Assembly (NCBI GenBank): GCA_964187785.1
Contig: OZ076417.1
Location: 43,772,001-43,836,000, forward strand
Origin: Amphiscolops sp. MND2022
Lineage: Eukaryota
Length of the DNA: 64,000 nt
Reading direction: 5' to 3'
Shown here: in pieces, positions 52,401-62,699 of the stretch
Position numbering within the stretch: position 1 is the stretch's first letter
Layout: each line of letters starts with the position of its first letter
Notes under the pieces: generated by a model
Database searches by the model: none
Told to the model about the DNA's origin: nothing
Seen by the model: only the letters and a program-made list of their open reading frames with translations
Program-made: the position numbers and the translations under genes

Positions 52401-52791
52401 CGGAAGACGCCAACACCTTGAGTTGGTCTCAATTGCCAAGTGAAAATGCCACCAGCAGCTATTCCAGCAAATGAAGAGCTAGCTTTGTCCATGGATTCCA
52501 GTTGCGCCAGGGTTCAGTTGCTTTCCAAATTGCTTCATTGTATGACCAAAGAAAGTTACAAAAACACCTAGGTGGAAAATGTAAAGTTTTCTAAAACCCC
52601 TGCCATTTTATATAACTGTACAATTGAAGGTGTAAAGTTTTTGCTCCATTTGCTGTTTACTATAGGGGAATTCGAAACGGAGTTAAAGTGGTTCTCGCAT
52701 CCTTCATTTCGAGATGGTTTTGTTGCTGCTGAAAAACTGATGCTGTCATCAGCTAGTTTATCGGCACCTATTATCGGGAAATCTTTCATTT

Positions 52792-53791
52792 TCATGTCGA
52801 GGAAGATCTGGCAAATCATGAAAGGCCTACATTGGTCTCTTGGAACAACAGTTCATCATAAATAATAATAATTAAAAAATAATTTAAACACAGAGGCGAA
52901 GCGGTGCTTCGCAACACATGACGAAGACATCGATTATTTTAAAGATAGCTCTACGTTGTATATATATTAAAGATAGCTCTACGTTGTATATATATTAAAG
53001 ATAGCTCTACGTTGTATATTTATAAATCGTACATATTCAATCGCATGCGTATATATTCAACAGTTCAACTTTGTTCAATAACGTCCCTATGGCACAGTGG
53101 TCAACGCTTATGCCGTGCAATCGGGAGGCTGCCGGTTCGAATCTCTGGGGTTTTGGCTCTTTTCTAAAAGGCGGTCATTATCAAGTTGACTATTGTGGAA
53201 AAAAACTTCTTTAGCTGGACTGCAATGCACATTGACTTCGTCATGTGCAATAATAATTTGAATAAGTAAATTACAATATTCGTCATTATCATTAATTTGA
53301 ATTTTACACTGCCCTCGTATAGAAAAAATCTTTTGTATTTTATCATAATGCGAGGAAATTCAGTGTTTTTTTTTCATTCGAAGAAACAACTTTTTTCTGT
53401 CAAATTGAATAGGCGTTGAATTGTAGAGCCATAGGAGTCGTCCGAGGACACCAAGGATTCTCAACATATAACACCGGATGACCTATGTTGCCGTGGATAT
53501 CTGGAAGCTTTTCCAACTAGAAAAAGTATTGTAAAGTGTTCTCCGCAAAAACATTGGCCTTTTTTCAAAACTTTCAACTGAGGTAGGTGACCTTGTGCAC
53601 ATAAGTGATAATGCGCCACCGCTCCAGTGGACGCTCGATCGCGTTATATGTCTAAAGTGGAATAGACAAACTCCCACGGATTGTGACATTGAAAACTGCG
53701 GCCGGCAATTTCAACAGGTCTGTCGCCAAACTGAGAAAGACATCCTTGAAGGATAGCCGTTAGAATCAGTGTGAACGTTTCCGCGTCTCGT
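52792..53791. repeat. Non-monomer cassette, copy 2
   Basis: SINE B-box at 53134; BEL fragment at 53413-53757; same exit junction into a monomer as copy 1. Confidence 0.95.
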
Positions 53792-56700
53792 TTCCAAAGA
53801 GCTCCAATGTATGTCCAAAAAGTTATATCTCATTTCATATAAAGGAAAATAAATGAAGGTGTAAAAAAAAGTTTGTTCCATCTGCTGTTTACTATGCGGA
53901 AATTCGAAACGGAGTTTGACTTGTTCTCGCATCCTTCATCTCGAGAATGTTTCGTTGCTGCTGAAAGACTGAAGTTGTCATCGGCAACTATTCTCGGGAA
54001 ATATTTCATTTCCTGTACCTTTTCTGACGGCAACGATGTTGTTGCGGAGGAGCTGAAATGTCACATGTGTTCTTAACCTGCAGTGAAAGAACATGTCATG
54101 CTAAATTCAGCTTCATTGTTTGCTTTGACCAAAACAAATGATAACACTTTGCTCGTCACCATACTCGTGAGTGCCAAATACCTCAACAAATATGCTGCTG
54201 GCAAGAAGGAACACAGTCAAGTAACTATAAAGTGACGTTCTTCCACGGACAACTATCGAGCCAAAACTAATGACAGAGGACAAAATCATCGTGTTAGATC
54301 ACTCAAGGATTTGAATGACAAGAAAAGTCCCTTCTCCGGTATCCAAGGTGTGAATATTGCACAAACTGAGTTTTTGTGGTGGTTATTACGTTTGCCTGCG
54401 ACAACTACGTTAAAGTTCTTTCAGTTCCCCTAGTAATTCGAGGAGCTGTGGCGGAAAACGGTGGTTGTTATCAGTGTCGACAATGTGAGCATTCGTGAGA
54501 CTTTGATTGCCTAGCAGAGCTCAGTCAACGGAAAATCATGAGTGTATTATTGCTGATAATTTGGAGAAGCAGTAAACGACTGATTATGTCACCACACTTT
54601 CAATGAGGCCCCTGAACTTCTTCATCTTAAACGTTTACAAGATAATTTTCCTGTTCCAAGCGACTGCCACCTTCCCGATTAACTGTTTCCTCGGAAGACG
54701 CCCACGCCTTGAGTCGGTCTCAATTGCCAAGTGAAAATGCCACCAGCAACTATTCCACCAAATGGAGAGCTAGCTTTGTCCATAGATTCAAGTTGCGCCA
54801 CGGTTCAATAGATTTCCAAATTCCAAAGAGCTCCATTGTATGTCCAAAAAATATATCTCATTTCATATAAAGGAAAAAATATGAAGGTGTAAAAAAAGTT
54901 TGTTCCATCTGCTGTTGACTATGCGGAAATTCGAAACGGAGTTTGACTTGTTCTCGCATCCTTCATCTCGAGAATGTTTCGTTGCTGCTGAAAGACTGAA
55001 GTTGTCATCGGCAACTATTATCGGGAAATATTTCATTTCCTGTACCTTTTCTGACGGCAACGATGTTGTTGCGGAGGAGCTGAAATGTCACATGTGTTCT
55101 TAACCTGCAGTGAAAGAACATGTCATGCTAAATTCAGCTTCATTGTTTGCTTTGACCAAAACAAATGATAACACTTTGCTCGTCACCATACTCATGAGTG
55201 CCAAATACCTCAACAAATATGCTGCTGGCAAGAAGGAACACAGTCAAGTAACTATAAAGTGACGTTCTTCCACGGACAACTATCGAGCCAAAACTAATGA
55301 CAGAGGACAAAATCATCGTGTTAGATCACTCAAGGATTTGAATGACAAGAAACGTCCCTTCTCCGGTATCCAAGGTGTGAATATTGCACAAACTGAGTTT
55401 TTGTGGTGGTTATTACGTTTGCCTGCGACAACTACGTTAAAGTTCTTTCAGTTCCCCTAGTAATTCGAGGAGCTGTGGCGGAAAACGGTGGTTGTTATCA
55501 GTGTCGACAATGTGAGCATTCGTGAGACTTTGATTGCCTAGCAGAGCTCAGTCAACGGAAAATCATGAGTGTATTATTGCTGATAATTTGGAGAAGCAGT
55601 AAACGACTGATTATGTCACCACACTTTCAATGAGGCCCCTGAACTTCTTCATCTTAAACGTTTACAAGATAATTTTCCTGTTCCAAGCGACTGCCACCTT
55701 CCCGATTAACTGTTTCCTCGGAAGACGCCAACGCCTTGAGTCGGTCTCAATTGCCAAGTGAAAATGCCACCAGCAACTATTCCACCAAATGGAGAGCTAG
55801 CTTTGTCCATAGATTCAAGTTGCGCCACGGTTCAATAGATTTCCAAATTCCAAAGAGCTCCATTGTATGTCCAAAAAGTTATATCTCATTTCATATAAAG
55901 GAAAAAATATGAAGGTGTAAAAAAAGTTTGTTCCATCTGCTGTTGACTATGCGGAAATTCGAAACGGAGTTTGACTTGTTCTCGCATCCTTCATCTCGAG
56001 AATGTTCGTTGCTGCTGAAAGACTGAAGTTGTCATCGGCAACTATTATCGGGAAATATTTCATTTCCTGTACCTTTTCTGACGGCAACGATGTTGTTGCG
56101 GAGGACCTGAAATGTCACATGTGTTCTTACCCTGCAGTGAAAGAACATGTCATGCTAAATTCAGCTTCATTGTTTGCTTCGACCGAAACAAATAACACTT
56201 TGCTCGTCACCAAACTCATGAGTGCCAAATACCTGAACAAATATGCTGCTGGCAAGAAGGAACACAGTCAAGTAACTATAAAGTGACGTTCTTTCACGGA
56301 CAACTATCGAGCCAAAACTAATGACAGAGGACAAAATCATCGTGTTAGATCACTCAAGGATTTGAATGACAAGAAACGTCCCTTCTCCGGTATCCAAGGT
56401 GTGAATATTGCACAAACTGAGTTTTTGTGGTGGTTATTACGTTTGCCTGCGACAACTACGTTAAAGTTCTTTCAGTTCCCCTAGTAATTCGAGGAGCTGT
56501 GGCGGAAAACGGTGGTTGTTATCAGTGTCGACAATGTGAGCATTCGTGAGACTTTGATTGCCTAGCAGAGCTCAGTCAACGGAAAATCATGAGTGTATTA
56601 TTGCTGATAATTTGGAGAAGCAGTAAACGACTGATTATGTCACCACACTTTCAATGAGGCCCCTGAACTTCTTCATCTTAAACGTTTACAAGATAATTTT

Positions 56701-58081
56701 CCTGTTCCAAGCGACTGCCACCTTCCCGATTAACTGTTTCGTCGGAAGACGCCAACGCCTTGAGTCGGTCTCAATTGCCAAGTGAAAATGCCACCAGCAA
56801 CTATTCCACCAAATGGAGAGCTAGCTTTGTCCATAGATTCAAGTTGCGCCACGGTTCAATAGATTTCCAAAGTGCTTCATTGTATGTCCAAAAAAGTTAT
56901 GTCTCATTTCCTATAAAGGAAAATATATGAAGGTGTAAAAAAAGTTTGTTCCATCTGCTGTTTACTATGCGGGAATTCGAAACGGAGTTTGACTTGTTCT
57001 CGCATCCTTCATCTCGAGAATGTTTCGTTGCTGCTGAAAGACTGAAGTTGTCATCGGCAACTATTATCGGGAAATATTTCATTTCCTGTACCTTTTCTGA
57101 CGACAACGATGTTGTTGCGGAGGAGCTGAAATGTCACATGTGTTCTTAACCTGCAGTGAAAGAACATGTCATGCTAAATTCAGCTTCATTGTTTGCTTTG
57201 ACCAAAACAAATGATAACACTTTGCTCGCCACCAAACTCGTGAGTGCCAAATACCTCAACAAATATGCTGCTGGCAAGAAGGAACACAGTCAAGTAACTA
57301 TAAAGTGAGGTTCTTTCACGGACAACTATCGAGCCAAAACTAATGACAGAGGACAAAATCATCGTGTTAGATCACTCAAGGATTTGAATGACAAGAAACG
57401 TCCCTTCTCCGGTATCCAAGGTGTGAATATCGCACAAACTGAGTTTTTGTGGTGGTCATTACGTTTGCCTGCGACAACCACGTTAAAGTTCTTTCAGTTC
57501 CCCTAGAAGATCAAGGAGCTGTGGCGGAAAACGGTGGTTGTAATCAGTGTCGACAATTCGAGCATTCGTGAGACTTTGATTGCCCAGCAGAGCTCACTCA
57601 ACGGAAATCATGAATGTATTATTGCTGATAACTGAAGAGGGAGTAAACGACTCCGAGCGACTGCCACCTTCCCGATTAACTATGTTTCTTCGGAAGACGC
57701 CAACACCTTGAGTTGGTCTCAATTGCCAAGTGAAAATGCCACCAGCAGCTATTCCAGCAAATGAAGAGCTAGCTTTGTCCATGGATTCCAGTTGCGCCAG
57801 GGTTCAGTTGCTTTCCAAATTGCTTCATTGTATGACCAAAGAAAGTTACAAAAACACCTAGGTGGAAAATGTAAAGTTTTCTAAAACCCCTGCCATTTTA
57901 TATAACTGTACATTTGAAGGTGTAAAGTTTTTGCTCCATTTGCTGTTTACTATAGGGGAATTCGAAACGGAGTTAAAGTGGTTCTCGCATCCTTCATTTC
58001 GAGATGGTTTTGTTGCTGCTGAAAAACTGATGCTGTCATCAGCTAGTTTATCGGCACCTATTATCGGGAAATCTTTCATTT

Positions 58082-59086
58082 TCATGTCGAGGACGATCTG
58101 GCAAATCATGAAAGGCCTACATTGGTCTCTTGGAACAACAGTTCATCATAAATAATATTTAAAAAATAATTTAAACACAGAGGCGAAGCGGTGCTTCGCA
58201 ACACATGACGAAGACATCGATTATTTTAAAGATAGCTCTACGTTGTATATATATTAAAGTTAGCTCTACGTTGTATATATATATTAAAGATAGCTCTACG
58301 TTGTATATATATAAATCGTACATATTCAATCGCATGCGTATATATTCAACAGTTCAACTTTGTTCAATAACGTCCCTATGGCACAGTGGTCAACGCTTAT
58401 GCCGTGCAATCGGGAGGCTGCAGGTTCGAATCTCTCTGGGGTTTTGGCTCTTTTCTAAAAGGCGCTCATTATCAAGTTGACTATTGTGGAAAAAAACTTC
58501 TTTAGCTGGACTGCAATGCACATTGACTTCGTCATGTGCAATAATAATTTGAATAAGTAATTTACAATAATCGTCATTATTATCATTAATTTGAATTTTA
58601 CACTGCCCTCGTATATTAAAAATCTTTTGTATTTTATCATAATGCGAGGAAATTCAGTGTTTTTTCCATTCGAAGAAACAACTTTTTCTGTCAAATTGAA
58701 TAGGCGTTGAATTGTAGAGCCACAGGAGTCCTGTCCGAGGACACCAAGGATTCTCAACATATAACACCGGATGACCTATGTTGCCGTGGATATCTGGAAG
58801 CTTTTCCAACTAGAACAAGTATTGTAAAAAGTTCTCCGCAAAAACATTGGCCTTTTTTCAAAACTTTCAACTGAGGTAGGTGACCTTGTGCACATAAGTG
58901 ACAATGCGCCACCGCTCCAGTGGACGCTCGATCGCGTTATATGTCTAAAGTGGAATAGACAAACTCCCACGGATTGTGACATTGAAAACTGCGGCCGGCA
59001 ATTTCAACAGGTCTGTCGCCAAACTGAGAAAGACATCCTTGAAGGATAGCCGTTAGAATCAGTGTGAACGTTTCCGCGTCTCGTTT
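58082..59086. repeat. Non-monomer cassette, copy 3, the true right flank of the array
   Basis: SINE B-box at 58423. BEL fragment 58704-59050 reads ALNCRATGVLSEDTKDSQHITPDDL in frame. Continues into unique sequence rather than back into a monomer. Confidence 0.93.
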
Positions 59087-59147
59087 TATGTTCACACCAG
59101 TCAGATATTGTTTGGTGAGTCACTGCGCGAAATCAAGGCTGGCGGGA

Positions 59148-59389
59148 TGTTGGAATTGAACGAAAAGCATGTCTGGAAATGATTATTCAAACTAACGGAT
59201 ATTTTGGATAGATGTCAAGGAAAACGATAATCAACCATAAAACCGCTGAAAATCATCAACAATGTATTTCTTCTGTATTTCGATGAATAATTGAATGCTG
59301 TGTTACAATGTTCCATGAAATTATTAAATATTGTAAAATTTGATGATTAACCCGGGAAATTCTTGGTATGGGCGGGCTAAAATCCAACA
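59148..59389 (+). repeat. Candidate 3' LTR of the BEL/Pao remnant
   Basis: TGTTGGA at 59148 and TCCAACA ending at 59389 (7-bp inverted termini), preceded by purine-rich GGCGGGA, about 100 bp after the BEL pol stop. Confidence 0.45.
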
Positions 59390-60047
59390 ATATTGCATTA
59401 CGTTCACTATTAAGTACCTTCTTTTGACTTTTTAAAAACAGTATGATGGATCAATTTGGCATTTAAAACCTTCAATTCCCTTTTCAATTTCAAAGATTCA
59501 TTTTATAACGGATGATTTTTTACAAACTGTAGATCTTCAGCCAACGGGGAAGAAGAATCATGAGTAAAATTAGTCCCAAAAGTTGAATGTATTATACATC
59601 TTTTCGATAAATTACCGGCTTTGTAAAATCAGTAAGAAGAATATTCCTAGTTTGAGAGCCTGTTCAGACAAATCATTTCTTGAAGCCTTAATCTATCGGC
59701 GAGTATCCAACATCTACAACTTCCTCTACAGACGCAACATCCTCCAATGGGACACTGATATACAACGTACCTACAAGCAGTATTTGTAAATCTTTATCTC
59801 ATTGATATTTTTGTTGGCTTCTCTTCGTGGGGATCTGAACCGTTTTCCTCTTTCTCTCCTAAAAAGTCCTAACCATCATTATTTCCACTGTTGTCCAAGT
59901 CAATGACAGTCAAAGCACTGATTAAAAATGAATAATGAATGTCAGGTTTTTTTGAAGCGCGTTTTCAACAATGAATTAGAACCAAACACAAGCTGCGCCT
60001 TCTATCCGGTTACTCAAACTTACCATTTTAAACTCATTGGATTTGTA

Positions 60048-60222
60048 CAGTGGAATCCGCCTAATTCGTATCGCTAGGGACCGAATAAAACAGTACGAAT
60101 AGTGAGAAATACGAATTAACCGAATGATATTACTTTGGTCGTCGCGAAACGGGGGGTCTCAAATTCATACGAGTTAGACGAAGATCCGAATTATCCGGAT
60201 ACGAATTAACCGGAGTTGACTG
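60048..60222. mobile_element. Tc1/mariner-type MITE (175 bp)
   Basis: TA|CAGTGGAATCCGCCTAATTCGTATC ... GATACGAATTAACCGGAGTTGACTG|TA: imperfect 25-bp TIRs with TA on both sides. Confidence 0.75.
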
Positions 60223-60303
60223 TATTAGGAACCAGGTTTCCGTTAGAACAGATACAGTTAGCTACACTTCGCTTGCCTGAACAGAATCAAAAGCAATACT
60301 AAC

Positions 60304-60472
60304 TGTAGAGGTAGCTTCATTTCTGTAAGCAGAACCAACGCTGACAGTGTCGAACGGATCTTGCGTGAGGAAACCCCTCATGGTATCTTCCTTCTCTTTG
60401 ATTGAAGACGTTTCAGGTTTCCTTCTGAACTTCTCCATAAAACTTTCGAAATTTGCAGCCAGAGGATGCATA
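60304..60472 (-). CDS. MRPS9: MRPS9 coding exon 2 (169 bp)
   Basis: Acceptor GCTTTCAG|T at 60473/60472 completes the split codon GC|T. Encodes MHPLAANFESFMEKFRRK..SAYRNEATST. Donor GTTAGT. Confidence 0.9.
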
Positions 60473-60612
60473 CTGAAAGCAAACCAATCTACTTCAATTA
60501 CTTTTGCACTTGCAAGTATTATTGAACTACAATGAAATTGTCGAAATACTTGATGCACTTCACTTTTCACAAAATTCGGCAAAAATACAAAACATTAGCG
60601 GCGAAAACTAAC

Positions 60613-61244
60613 GCAAGGCGCCTAATTAGCAAGTTGAAATGCTGCATGTCTTCATCTTTGAGTTCGTTTCCTAATAATGCTTCTAGTGCCGTCTTGTCTA
60701 TCCATTGTTGATCTTGGGGATTAAATGACAATTGCTTTGTTGATCTCTCTCCAGAACTCAAGGCTGCATCTGATTGGTGGATGGCATGGGAAATGGAGAA
60801 ACAAACGGTGGCAAATTGCTTACGAGAAGTGTAGAAAAAAGGGTTTCTAGGACGACCTTTTGGATCAACATCCAAATTTTGAACAGGAGGGAACAATTCC
60901 TCCGGGTGTTTCATGATCGGTTTTGCATCTTTACCAAACAAAGCAGTCGGGAACAAGTATTGGATACATTTGTCGATATCGTTTTGTGTCATTAAATTAA
61001 CATCTAAACCCATCATATTGGCCAAATGTCTTTTACCGATCTGAAACTTTTCAATTTGATGGGCCATGAATTCGGAATCTGCTGAGGTTTTATTGGGAGG
61101 TGGTCTTGGGTAGAAACGGTGAGGTGGTTGAGGATCTTGCCGATAAGGATCCTTCGGTTCAGAGAAACGGGGCGGAAACAACATGACTCTATCGCCAGGG
61201 CCACCTTTGAATCGCCTCCAAATGAGAGTCAATTTTCGGTTCAT
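60613..61244 (-). CDS. MRPS9: MRPS9 coding exon 1 (632 bp)
   Basis: EFMAHQIEKFQIGKRHLANMMG..IQYLFPTALF..AKPIMKHPEELFP..GRP..FFYT is the uS9m N-terminal signature. Donor GC|GTTAGT at 60613/60612; intron 1 is 140 bp. Exon total 632+169+354 = 1155 nt = 384 aa + stop. Confidence 0.95.
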
Positions 61245-61439
61245 GATGGTCCCATCTGAAAACGATCAACAATCACAAGTATCCACTAGAAAATGAACCA
61301 TCTTAGTGTGACATCGACATGAAGGTGACTATTCATACAGCGGAATTTGCAAATTAGGTCTCAAATAGCAGAATTTAAATTACTAGTTACAGCCAATATG
61401 TATGGAACTTGATTTATTAGCAATTTGTTGTACGGGGTA

Positions 61440-62318
61440 CAGGGGTCCGCAATTATTAATTGCAATTAAATTGGCATTTAAAATTTTAAAAACCAATTAA
61501 TTGAAAATTGGACACTTCATGAAACAATTATTGCAATAATTGGCAAATCAAAACAACAGTTGTCAATGCATAAATTCAGACAAAATTGATGAAAATTTGC
61601 CCAAAAATAATGAACTCAAAGAGTCATTCAGTAGCGTTGACGACTTCGTTGATGAGACTCAGGTCCCACAGTCTCTTGTTCGACATCAGAAACAGCTGCT
61701 GCTCCAGATAAATAGGTTGTATCTTCCGTCGCAAGTCATCATAAGCATATCCAGCCCGGCTGAAAAGTCTCTTCATCTCTTTCTCAACCCGATCAGAAAC
61801 AAGGTGCATGTACTTCTCAAGGGTGTGAACAGAGATTTTATCCAACGACGAATATTTGCGTGTTAGGCTACTCTCCACAAATGAAAATGGCTTTAGTTCC
61901 ATACACACCCATTCCAACCATCCGTATACAGTTTCACTCTTTCGACAATGCATAAATCGAAGCGTCTGCTGATCCGAAATAGATGTATTGTCGTTTCCAT
62001 GTTGAGAACGGATATGTTGCATTAGGTTAGACCAGCCTGTACCATCTTTCCTTTTTAGAAGTTTTCCACAGTGGCACTTGTAAACATCATTCTCTAGTTT
62101 AGTGAAATACTTCTTCGTTAAAGCCTTGTAGTCTTTTGGCGCTTCAACTTTAGATGTCATTTCAAACCTGAAAAAGATAATGCATTGCGCTCAATCAATT
62201 ATTGCAATAATTGGCTTGTTAATTTCCAATAATTGAAAAATGCAAGATGAGAAAATCAATTAATTGATCAATTATAATTGCAATTATTGCTTCATCAATT
62301 TTTAATTGCGGACCCCTG
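61440..62318 (-). mobile_element. hAT-superfamily DNA transposon, internally deleted (879 bp)
   Basis: 16-bp perfect TIR CAGGGGTCCGCAATTA; perfect 8-bp TSD ACGGGGTA (61432-61439 and 62319-62326); subterminal CAATT/AATTG motif clusters. Confidence 0.95.
61624..62160 (-). pseudogene. Truncated transposase N-terminus with BED-type zinc finger
   Basis: KKYF..YKCHCGK..GWSNLMQHIRSQH, then WLEWVCMELKPFSFVES..TRKY..ISVHTL. No DDE core remains. Confidence 0.82.
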
Positions 62319-62699
62319 ACGGGGTATGTGAACATAGCTGACTGCGTTATAATAATTTTGACAATCTGACACGCGTTGTCAGCTTAGTGAATTCAATTCG
62401 ATTTCAAACTTCAGCCAATCGGATTGCAGCATAATCGATCAATCTGCTGTTTAGTCAATCAGAATTGGATCGTCGTCATCAATCAGCGTTTTTTTAAAAA
62501 AAAACGCTTCTGTATTCATCATGTGCCCCCAGCCCGGGCGGCAGACAAAAAAATCCAACCAACAAAAAAAGGAAACAAAAAAATAAGGAAAGGATCATGC
62601 AACCAGAGAGTTCAAAGGACCCAGGAGGAATCTCAAAGAGGCATGTGAACTGGTAACGATTACGAAGCAAAGAAGACATATATTTCTTAATGAAACAAA

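Larger units (their letters stand above)
31418..58081. repeat. Tandem (macro)satellite, monomer ~1.02 kb, about 26 monomers including partials, interrupted by two ~1-kb cassettes
   Basis: Anchor spacing: 38302, 39329, 40348, 41376, 42404, 43426, 44446, 45466, 46494, 47512 (1018-1028 bp). Left-edge monomers are more divergent (spacings about 875-1070). Confidence 0.98.
28492..60303 (-). other. MRPS9: MRPS9 intron 2 (31,812 bp)
   Basis: Donor ACA|GTTAGT at 60304/60303 and acceptor CTAG|GTG at 28492/28491. The phase-0 join gives ..EATST|VELRP..VFVNG with no missing S9 segment apparent. Confidence 0.88.

Noticed and set aside
31418-58081. Array as CRISPR, rDNA/5S, histone or tRNA cluster, or centromere
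   Set aside because: No short repeat-spacer structure and no rRNA or histone similarity. The monomer's GTTTCGAATTCC is a poor B-box with no cloverleaf. Nothing in the sequence indicates centromere function.
31814-58155. Dozens of 60-120-aa ORFs on both strands in the array (MPSEKVQ.., MREFETE.., MNDKKRP..)
   Set aside because: They are repeated translations of one monomer with polymorphic stops and frameshifts and mostly non-ATG starts; not called as genes.
60262-60612. Standalone 106-aa ORF 60262-60582 and the C-terminal tail of ORF 60567-61244
   Set aside because: Both are read-through into MRPS9 introns; only 60304-60472 and 60613-61244 match uS9m and have proper splice sites.
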